Below, in pieces: positions 19,572 to 27,512 of a stretch of DNA of 41,244 bases (position 1 is its first letter; each line of letters begins with the position of its first letter). Both the position numbers and the translations under genes were made by a program. The notes below the pieces were generated by a model, which was given only the letters and a program-made list of their open reading frames with translations, ran no database searches and was not told where the DNA came from. Source of the stretch: a virus (Duplodnaviria; Caudoviricetes); the IMG/VR virus record IMGVR_UViG_3300030207_001373, positions 1 to 41,244 of that record. One strand, written 5' to 3'.

Positions 19572-20675
19572 TTAGTGTTTTATTACTTTAGATTTGTTTC
19601 TCATTATTTGAGCAAGCTCTTCAGATTTTAAATTAGATAATCTTATTTTAGCTTTTCTCATTGCAGCAGCTCTTTCTTTTTTATATCTTCCAATAATATA
19701 TTCTGGAACATTTGTTCTTGATGATAATATACCATATGTTATCCACTTATAAGCTGCTTCTTCTGCAAACTTGTGGAATAACATTTCATCATCTGTGGCT
19801 AAACCGTCACTTATATATTTTATTGTTATTGTTTTGCCAGTTAGACTAGAGCTAAAATGAACTCTACCAGCAACGTGATCTATATAAAACACACCGTTAT
19901 CTTGTGCATTTTCTGGGTTTATACCATATCTTCTACCATGATTATACCAGTAGCTTTCTTCTGAGTCATCTACATTATCATCACCTTGTTGTGGGTTATC
20001 ACTATAGTTTGTCCATGTATCTGATTGGCTAGCTGTTAATAAATTACCACTGCTATCAAACGTATAACCAAACGAACCGTCTTGTAGTATTGCTGTTGGA
20101 TTACTTGTTTGTCTAGCTGGATATATAATTCTTTCTATACCATCATTACCATGCCAGCTGAATTTTACATAATTAACATAGTCATGTGGTAATGCCATAG
20201 TTAAACTAGGTGGTATTTCTATTTCTTGTGATTTTTCTGATCTTAAAATATCATAACTAAATTCTTGCAAACATCTTTGAGCATGAAAAGCTACATCAGC
20301 TCTCTTTACTCTAGGTATTATTTTATCTGTACCAACATAAGCAACGATAAAGTTATTTATCAATGATTGCATAGATATATATTGGTAATTACCATATTGA
20401 GGATTTATTATACTAACTAAAAATACATCGCCGTTGTTAGCAGGTCCAACAACCAATGCCCCAGTATCAGAGTTTAAAGAATTTGGCGTTACGTTATTAC
20501 CATTTCTAGTTACAGTTATTTGCCCAAGAGCATCAGGCATAGTAGCTAAATTATTTAATAACGTTGGGTTGTTTGGAAATGTTAATGTAACCGTTGCAGC
20601 AAGAACTGATCCACCGTCCCATGTAAACGATTGTTGTCCGTAATATTGTTGTTGTGTTCCTTGAAATAGTGGCAT
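19572..20675 (-). CDS. Tail ring / tubular (head-tail adaptor) protein
   Basis: 367 aa with an LPHDYVNYVK motif and I.IKYISDG. It lies between the capsid and nozzle genes as in crAss-like phages. Confidence 0.65.
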   Translation of the reverse strand: MPLFQGTQQQYYGQQSFTWDGGSVLAATVTLTFPNNPTLLNNLATMPDALGQITVTRNGNNVTPNSLNSDTGALVVGPANNGDVFLVSIINPQYGNYQYISMQSLINNFIVAYVGTDKIIPRVKRADVAFHAQRCLQEFSYDILRSEKSQEIEIPPSLTMALPHDYVNYVKFSWHGNDGIERIIYPARQTSNPTAILQDGSFGYTFDSSGNLLTASQSDTWTNYSDNPQQGDDNVDDSEESYWYNHGRRYGINPENAQDNGVFYIDHVAGRVHFSSSLTGKTITIKYISDGLATDDEMLFHKFAEEAAYKWITYGILSSRTNVPEYIIGRYKKERAAAMRKAKIRLSNLKSEELAQIMRNKSKVIKH

Positions 20676-20677
20676 AA

Positions 20678-21460
20678 TTATTTATTTTCTTGTTGTACGT
20701 TTTGTGCTTCCTCTGTTGCAGCTTGTTGGTATAGTTGAGGATCTTTTAATTCAATACCAGCAAGTTCTAATATTTTTATTACTAATTCAGTTTCTTCTGA
20801 TTGGTGTAGATCAAAGTGTGTTGTAGTGTTAGCGTTCCATAACGCTTTACCGTTTAATTGATTTATTACATAACCCCATTCGGCTTGAGATGGTCTAGCT
20901 ATGTAGTTACAAACAACATTACTTGTTATAGTTATAGGATAAATTTGTATTGATCTTGATAAACCTATTTCGTTTTGTTGTGTTGCTGCTTGAGCATTAC
21001 CACCATCGTCGTCTGGAACAACGTTGCTAGTTCTTACATAAACAGGTCTCATTAGGTTTGGTGCAGTTAATGGTGAGTTTTGTATATGATGCACCTCGTT
21101 TTGATTTATTTTTTCTATTTCTACATAACCACCTTTGTGTTTGTGGTATATTTCACCCATACGATAGTATAAAGGTAAAGTACCCATACCACCTTCGTTA
21201 GTATCTCCTGACATAACAACATCTATTCTATATCTTTCAAATATATCTATTTTTTCATTTATTAAATCTATTTGATCTGAATATGTTGTATCGTTGCCTG
21301 GTGCTCTGTTGTATTGGGATAAGTCGTAAAAATATTGCTCAAAAATATCCATTTGAGCTTGGTTGGCATATAGATTAAATTCTTGAGGCGTTATATAACC
21401 CCTTTGCTCTTTGTTAGCTATTGCCAAAACTCTTTGATAAACTGTATCTATATTAACCAT
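20678..21460 (-). CDS. Head-tail adaptor / ring protein
   Basis: Helical N-terminus VYQRVLAIANKEQRGYITPQEFNLYANQAQ, then YIARP and a C-terminal ELVIKILELAGI helix, which is the typical adaptor layout. Confidence 0.7.
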   Translation of the reverse strand: MVNIDTVYQRVLAIANKEQRGYITPQEFNLYANQAQMDIFEQYFYDLSQYNRAPGNDTTYSDQIDLINEKIDIFERYRIDVVMSGDTNEGGMGTLPLYYRMGEIYHKHKGGYVEIEKINQNEVHHIQNSPLTAPNLMRPVYVRTSNVVPDDDGGNAQAATQQNEIGLSRSIQIYPITITSNVVCNYIARPSQAEWGYVINQLNGKALWNANTTTHFDLHQSEETELVIKILELAGIELKDPQLYQQAATEEAQNVQQENK

Positions 21461-21473
21461 ATTTTCTTTTATT

Positions 21474-21513
21474 TATAGTAAGTAACCACCTCATAGAGAT
21501 GGTTACCTCTATA
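21474..21513 (-). terminator. Intergenic stem-loop (terminator or mRNA processing/stability element)
   Basis: On the minus strand GTAACCATCTC-TAT-GAGGTGGTTAC forms an 11-bp stem with one U-G pair, extendable by TATAG/CTATA. The U-tract is weak. Confidence 0.6.
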
Positions 21514-21520
21514 AGTTTAG

Positions 21521-22255
21521 TTATTTAGATTTTTTTTCTAATGTTTTTAATACTTCCATACCTTCATCTGTTTTAAAGTATGCTGCTAATGCAGAGTATG
21601 GATGTTCATCTAATGGCACATCAAATAATTTTCTACCATTTGATTTCCACTTAAATGTTCTTTGATCAGGAGTTAAAGTTATATAACCAGCTTCAACAGC
21701 TTTGATACCAAAGTTTCTTAATTCAACATTGTCGTCTTCAGCTAACGCTAAGAAGTTATAAGGATCTTGTTTTGAAAATAACAATATATCTCTTTTTAAT
21801 TCTTTAGTTGACATGTCTTTAACTTTAGAACCTAGCTCAACTCTTAATATAGCTTCAACGTGATCTATTTCTAATTCTTTAGCTAAATTCATAGCTTGTA
21901 ATTGAGCATTGATAAACGCTAAATCATCTTGTGCTTCTTCTACAGCATCGTATCTTTCAAATAACTTACCATTTAACGGGTGTTTATCTAAAAATTCCAT
22001 TAGCTGAGGTGACGTAGGTTCAACAAGTAATTTACCTTGTCTAAATACTACTCTACCTAAAGTAACAACTCCAACTTGTTCGTCTACAAAAACAGACTTT
22101 TGGTTGGTAGCGTATCTCAATTCTCTGTTATAACCTTTTTCTTCGTCCCACCATAATAATGGTTTTTTAGTAGTGTGTTTTGAAGGTATAACGTTTATTA
22201 AAGGCTGTTTACGGCCTATTAGTTGCCACAATTGGGCTTTTCTTTCTTTTTTCAT
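21521..22255 (-). CDS. Conserved capsid-module protein downstream of MCP, function unknown
   Basis: 244-aa ORF immediately after the MCP, with RELRYATNQKSVFVDEQ and a helical C-terminal half. A gene at this position is typical of crAss-like capsid modules. Confidence 0.6.
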   Translation of the reverse strand: MKKERKAQLWQLIGRKQPLINVIPSKHTTKKPLLWWDEEKGYNRELRYATNQKSVFVDEQVGVVTLGRVVFRQGKLLVEPTSPQLMEFLDKHPLNGKLFERYDAVEEAQDDLAFINAQLQAMNLAKELEIDHVEAILRVELGSKVKDMSTKELKRDILLFSKQDPYNFLALAEDDNVELRNFGIKAVEAGYITLTPDQRTFKWKSNGRKLFDVPLDEHPYSALAAYFKTDEGMEVLKTLEKKSK

Positions 22256-22277
22256 GATATAATATAATATAAGTTAA

Positions 22278-22316
22278 TAAAATAAAGGGCTGGGTGCCGA
22301 AGCACCCAACTCTTTA
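22278..22316 (-). terminator. Rho-independent terminator after the major capsid gene
   Basis: On the minus strand AAAGAGTTGGGTGC-TTCG-GCACCCAGCCCTTT-ATTTTATT gives a GC stem with a cUUCGg tetraloop and a U-rich tail, 10 nt after the MCP stop. Confidence 0.88.
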
Positions 22317-22325
22317 ATATTTAGT

Positions 22326-23798
22326 TTAGTTCTTCAATAATACGAAGTTATTCGCAGCTTGAACACATAAACATCTTTCTGATAGGAAGTTAACTACCAT
22401 TTCATCAGCAGATGAAGTAAAGTTTCCACCAACAGATCCAGTGATCCATGATTTCATCTTTCTATCTTCAGCTTCAGAAGCTCTATATCTAACGTGTAAG
22501 AACGGACGAGCTATGTTTTTACCCATATTCTCATCGTATACAGTAGATGTACCAGCAGGTATAATAACACCTTCAATGTCTCCAATATTACCTCTAGTAA
22601 CACCGTCATTTAAGTATTTCCAGTCAGTTTTGTAGAAGTCATAAGAACCTCTTCTAAAACCAGAGAAACCTAAATTAAGCGCCATATCCTCAGCGTTATT
22701 GAATACACCATAAGATGATCCACCAACGAAGTGGCTATTTTGACCAGCTAACATATTGTCAACCTCTAAAGCAGTACTTCTGTCTAAGAACATCATGTTC
22801 TCTTCAATAGCACCTTGCTTGTCTAATTCTTGAAGAATAGTATCAAATTCAGCAAGACCGTTTTGAGAGTTGTAAGCAACACCATTCGAAGGAGCAGCGT
22901 TACCACCAATTACATCAAAATCAGTTCCAGTGAATACTAAACCTCTAGATTCTAGAGCAGCAAATAAACCTTCAGAACCTTGAACACCAGAAATAGCAGA
23001 TCCTGAAGCAACTTGTTCTGCTTCAATCATTGACATTTCTAGGTAGTCTTCGAATCTTAATCTAGTTTCAGCTTCAGCTTTTAAGTACCATAAGTAACCA
23101 GTAGCACCGTTTTCAGTAGTAACTTCAACCCAACCGATTTGAGCAACGTTAGAACCTTGAACTTGGTATCTGTCTCTGATTATAATTGGTCTGTTAGAAA
23201 ACTGAGTGAAGCTTGAATCAAGAGATCTTGAATCTTCTGAAGATCCTTTTCCATACTCAGTACCATAAACAAATAGAGAGATAGCATCGTTATCAGCGAA
23301 CTGAGCGTTATCAGCTAAATCATTTGTGTTATATGGCTGTACAGTAGCACCACTAGCAGATACAGCAGATACTCTACACTTAATAGTGTTACCTAATCTA
23401 GCACTTGAGTTAGCAGTACTTTTGTTATAAATAACCACAGTATCGTTAACTTGTAACATGTGAGGGTTAGGTAATGTAATAGTGTTAGAAGCAGCTGTTG
23501 CTACTATAGTTGTACTATCTTGCGCGTTATCATACGCAATATGTAATCTACCTTGCTCAGACCAAATTACTTGATCAGAAGCCAAAGGCATTTCAGCACC
23601 TACCATAGATAAGAAACCAGAGATTGTTCTCTTTCCAAATCTTTCTACTTCTTTTTCGTAGATTTCAGGTAGAAATTGCTGTAAAAATGTTCCGCCACCA
23701 GACGAAGAATCAAATGCTAGGTAATTATCCCATGCAGTGATCTGCGTTGGTCTTGGAGTTACGTGAGCGCCAAATGCGCCCGTTGAACTAAAAGGCAT
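22326..23798 (-). CDS. Major capsid protein (HK97-type fold)
   Basis: 490 aa, located after portal and scaffold and followed by a strong terminator. It uses highly-expressed-type codons (many TTC/AAC/TAC). Motifs: QQFLPEIYEKEVERFG, WSEQGRLH and FLSERCLCVQAANNF. Confidence 0.88.
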   Translation of the reverse strand: MPFSSTGAFGAHVTPRPTQITAWDNYLAFDSSSGGGTFLQQFLPEIYEKEVERFGKRTISGFLSMVGAEMPLASDQVIWSEQGRLHIAYDNAQDSTTIVATAASNTITLPNPHMLQVNDTVVIYNKSTANSSARLGNTIKCRVSAVSASGATVQPYNTNDLADNAQFADNDAISLFVYGTEYGKGSSEDSRSLDSSFTQFSNRPIIIRDRYQVQGSNVAQIGWVEVTTENGATGYLWYLKAEAETRLRFEDYLEMSMIEAEQVASGSAISGVQGSEGLFAALESRGLVFTGTDFDVIGGNAAPSNGVAYNSQNGLAEFDTILQELDKQGAIEENMMFLDRSTALEVDNMLAGQNSHFVGGSSYGVFNNAEDMALNLGFSGFRRGSYDFYKTDWKYLNDGVTRGNIGDIEGVIIPAGTSTVYDENMGKNIARPFLHVRYRASEAEDRKMKSWITGSVGGNFTSSADEMVVNFLSERCLCVQAANNFVLLKN

Positions 23799-23823
23799 AA
23801 TTTCTAAATTTTAAGTTGTTAAT

Positions 23824-25056
23824 TTATTTTCTAAGTTTAACTCGGAGTTTAGAAGAATCATCGCCACTAATCGATCTTACTTTCATGCCACCAACTTTAG
23901 TTTCACCTGAGTGAGTTTGTCTTGCTGACATATTAACATTTTTAGCTTTTGCCATACTTTCTTTTATAGCATCTGCTTTTCCTTGTTGGTAAAAGTGATT
24001 AGCAATAGCATCTGGATTACTCGCTGTAAACAAAGCTTTATGATAACCCTTAGCATCTTCCATTTGGTTTTTATCGTTTAAAAATTTACCAATAAAACTA
24101 TCTAGAGTGCTTTGGTTTTTCATAACCTTATCAGCGTCCTTAACATTAAACCTATATCTTTTATCACCAACCTTATATTCAAAACCTTTGAACTCGTTGT
24201 TAAAGACTTGTTCAGTCTTTTTATTAAATATAGACTTTTGTTGTTCTGCTATTTGCTCCTTTTCTTTACTCTCCTTGTTGTATCTATTAAAAAAATCTAC
24301 AGCTTGTTTTTGTTCAGGAGACAACTTGCTCCCAGCTTTAATTTCTTCATAGTATTTGGACTTTAGCCCGTCCAAGTGGCTTTTGGCATCAGCAACTTGC
24401 TCTTTTAATGCCAGTTTTTTTCTTTTTACATCTCTATCTTCATCAGACTCTTCGTCATATGAAAATTGATCTTCCATCATAAAACTAATTTCATCATCAG
24501 TTAAATGTGGTTTAGTTTGTTTGTAATATTCTCTTAGTAATTGTGTATTATCATAATTACTATAATCTTGATTTAATCTTACATAATCTTCAAGACTTCC
24601 ACCAGTGTCATTCATAAAGTCTACAACTTTTTGAATATTCTCAGGTAAAGGCTCGCCAGTTTCTTTAGCTTCTTCAATAGCTTCAACAACTTCTTCTTTT
24701 GTTTCTTCTACTTTCTGCTCTACTTCTTCTTCTGTAACTTCTTCAATAACAGGTGTTTCTTCTTCCTGTTTTTCTTCTTTGACCTCTTCTACTACTTCTT
24801 CTTTTTTAGGCTCTTCCTCTTTATTACTTAAATCAACTTTAGCAACATTATCCTCTTTAGCTTCTTCTTTTGTTTCGCTTGCTTTGGATAAATCAACCTT
24901 TGCTATTTTATCTTCTTGTTTACCTAGTTGTCTAGGTTTTTTAGGTTTGACTTTCATGTCTCCACCTTCTTTTAAAACCTCTTCTTTAGATTCAGTTTTA
25001 ACTTCTTCAGTAGCTTTTACTTCTTCCACTACTGGATTTTCATTTTTTTCTTCCAT
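23824..25056 (-). CDS. Putative capsid scaffolding protein
   Basis: Very acidic low-complexity N-terminal half with a duplicated AKVDLS motif and a helical C-terminal half. It sits between portal and MCP. Confidence 0.7.
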   Translation of the reverse strand: MEEKNENPVVEEVKATEEVKTESKEEVLKEGGDMKVKPKKPRQLGKQEDKIAKVDLSKASETKEEAKEDNVAKVDLSNKEEEPKKEEVVEEVKEEKQEEETPVIEEVTEEEVEQKVEETKEEVVEAIEEAKETGEPLPENIQKVVDFMNDTGGSLEDYVRLNQDYSNYDNTQLLREYYKQTKPHLTDDEISFMMEDQFSYDEESDEDRDVKRKKLALKEQVADAKSHLDGLKSKYYEEIKAGSKLSPEQKQAVDFFNRYNKESKEKEQIAEQQKSIFNKKTEQVFNNEFKGFEYKVGDKRYRFNVKDADKVMKNQSTLDSFIGKFLNDKNQMEDAKGYHKALFTASNPDAIANHFYQQGKADAIKESMAKAKNVNMSARQTHSGETKVGGMKVRSISGDDSSKLRVKLRK

Positions 25057-25084
25057 AATATAATATTATATAATTAAACAAATT

Positions 25085-27511
25085 TTACTGCGGTAAGAAC
25101 ATACTAGTGTTTATACCACCTAATGCGTCATTACCCATAGATTCAAATTTCTTTGGAGGTTTATCCGTTTTTCTTTGATCTATAAGTTCTGACTGTTGAC
25201 TAGCTTGTATTCTAGTTCTTTCATCTTTACGATCTTCTTTTTCTTTTTCTACTTCTTTTTTACCACGTGCTTCCATATTTCTTAATTGCATGTTATAATT
25301 AAATTCTAATGCCATTAAGTCTTTTTTAATCTGTGCTTCTTGCATTAATTTTCTTTCTTCAAGTTTAGCTTCTATTTCAGCCATTTGTGATTTTTGTTGC
25401 ATCAACGCAGCGTTTTTCTGTACTTCTGCTTGAGCAGCTACTTGTTGAGCTTGAGCATTTGCTTGAGCTTGTTGTTGAATATTAGCTTGTTGCATTTGCT
25501 GATCTTTTTCTTGCTTTTTCTTTCTACGTAGTTTTAAAACTTGATTAGCTAATTTTAAATTTTTAATTTCTCTTACATCTATAGCATCTTCAAGTTCTAT
25601 ACTATTTTTAGCAAGCGCTTGTTGTATATTGTTTTCTAGCAATTGTTTTTCTTCTTCATCTGGAGTTAGTTCAATAAATATACCAAAGTCATGTATATGT
25701 AAATTAGTTAACTCATCTAACATACCAACATTGTGTCCACCTATTTTTTGTATAAAAGCATCTCTTGTTGGTGAAAACTCTAGCACATCAGATATTCTTA
25801 ATGATAAAGCTTCACATAAATCAGATGTTAAAAACAAGCTACCTTGTAATATATGTCTAGTAGCTGTATTGCTATTTGCTGCCGCTAGTTTTTGAACACC
25901 AACTAAAGCTCTTTCATCAGGCATACTACCATCTCTTGCTTCGTTAAGTCCAGTAACATCTCTCATCATTTGTAAGTAGTAGTTATAAGTCTGTATTAAA
26001 CTTTGTAGCTTACCACTACCATTACCACTTTGTAATTCTTGTATTGGTACTTTACCAGGGTTCATATCACCGTCACCAGTAAATGATCTACCAATTATAC
26101 TACCAGTTTGGAAGAACATGTTTAATGCTTCTTGTGGATTATAATTAGTACCGTTACCTAAGTCAACTTCAGCTAAACCATCTGCATCTAAATAAACACC
26201 ATCAGGTACCATGCGAGACATTACTTGTTGTAATTTTAAATGAGTTAACTGTATCATATCAGCAAAACCAGTTATACGTCCTACAAGTGATTCTATTTTA
26301 CCTTTATACATACGTGGAGCAACAATACTATAATTCATTTTAACTTTAGTATAATCACTTTTAGGTCTAACCATATTCTCAGCTAATCCCCATTTTAATA
26401 TTTTATCAGTTCCTAAAACCATTACACCTTCGTATAACACTTCTAAAACTCTTTCTAGTTTACCAAATCTAGCTTCTAAAACTTCAACAGGAGGATCAAA
26501 TTGATCATCTCTCATTATAATTTTTTCAGCACCCGTAGCAGATTCTTTTAACTTATAAACCTCATTCATATAAGTTTTATAGTTAAAATATAATAATCTT
26601 ATTTGATTTTTATCAATATCCTCACCCATATAAGCAGCTTTGTCATATACTCTAGAAGCTTTATATGTTTGGCCAGATATATCTTTTAATTCACTTTCTG
26701 TTAAACCTGGAAACTCTTTTACTAATTCGTTTAATGGTAGTGTTTTCACCTCACCAACATAATATAAATCATCAAAATAAGGTGATTCAGTGTACGAGTA
26801 AACTAAATTAGCAGGATCAACATAATTTACCTTAACGCCTTCTGCTTGCGTAAACGTGTGTTTTACAGCTCCAATACCTAAAACAGTTAAATCATAATTA
26901 ACTCTTTTCTTAGTTAACTCGTATTTATTTCCAGCTAAAATAGTGTTTAAAGCTTGTTCTTGAGCTAGTTCTATACCTTGCTTATATGATAATTGCATGT
27001 GTAGTTCTAGTTCTTCTTTACTGTCAGGTAGCTCTTCAACATCTTCAGCATTTATCATTTTAAAGTTAAAAGCTTCTTGAGTAAATTCATTTAGCTTTTT
27101 TAACCTCATATCTATTAATATGTTTTCCATGTATTGTGTTCTTTCAGAAACACCGTATGGATCTTGTGAATATGCTTTTATATCAAAAGCTCTTTCTGAT
27201 ATACCGTTAACAACTATATCTACAAACTTAGGTATAATTGGCACTGGTCTCCAGTCTAAATTAAGATAAGATAAATCACCATTTATAGATAATTCATCTT
27301 TATATTTTTGTATTGATTGCTCGCCTCTAGCGTATAATCTTAGCTTATGAAAACTTTGTTCATTTGTAGTGTGTTTGTCAAAACCTACACCGTTGTCAAA
27401 CCACTCCTTTTCAATAGCTCTACCTACCTTAAGTCCATATTCTTGACTAAGTTTTTCTTGATCGCTAACGACTTGACTTGGAAAATATCCTTTTATATAT
27501 GAATCAGCCAT
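25085..27511 (-). CDS. Portal protein
   Basis: 808 aa directly after TerL. Motifs VPIIPKFVDIVVNG and RDVTGLNEARDG, with a long Gln-rich C-terminal coiled coil (barrel). Confidence 0.88.
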   Translation of the reverse strand: MADSYIKGYFPSQVVSDQEKLSQEYGLKVGRAIEKEWFDNGVGFDKHTTNEQSFHKLRLYARGEQSIQKYKDELSINGDLSYLNLDWRPVPIIPKFVDIVVNGISERAFDIKAYSQDPYGVSERTQYMENILIDMRLKKLNEFTQEAFNFKMINAEDVEELPDSKEELELHMQLSYKQGIELAQEQALNTILAGNKYELTKKRVNYDLTVLGIGAVKHTFTQAEGVKVNYVDPANLVYSYTESPYFDDLYYVGEVKTLPLNELVKEFPGLTESELKDISGQTYKASRVYDKAAYMGEDIDKNQIRLLYFNYKTYMNEVYKLKESATGAEKIIMRDDQFDPPVEVLEARFGKLERVLEVLYEGVMVLGTDKILKWGLAENMVRPKSDYTKVKMNYSIVAPRMYKGKIESLVGRITGFADMIQLTHLKLQQVMSRMVPDGVYLDADGLAEVDLGNGTNYNPQEALNMFFQTGSIIGRSFTGDGDMNPGKVPIQELQSGNGSGKLQSLIQTYNYYLQMMRDVTGLNEARDGSMPDERALVGVQKLAAANSNTATRHILQGSLFLTSDLCEALSLRISDVLEFSPTRDAFIQKIGGHNVGMLDELTNLHIHDFGIFIELTPDEEEKQLLENNIQQALAKNSIELEDAIDVREIKNLKLANQVLKLRRKKKQEKDQQMQQANIQQQAQANAQAQQVAAQAEVQKNAALMQQKSQMAEIEAKLEERKLMQEAQIKKDLMALEFNYNMQLRNMEARGKKEVEKEKEDRKDERTRIQASQQSELIDQRKTDKPPKKFESMGNDALGGINTSMFLPQ

Positions 27512-27512
27512 G

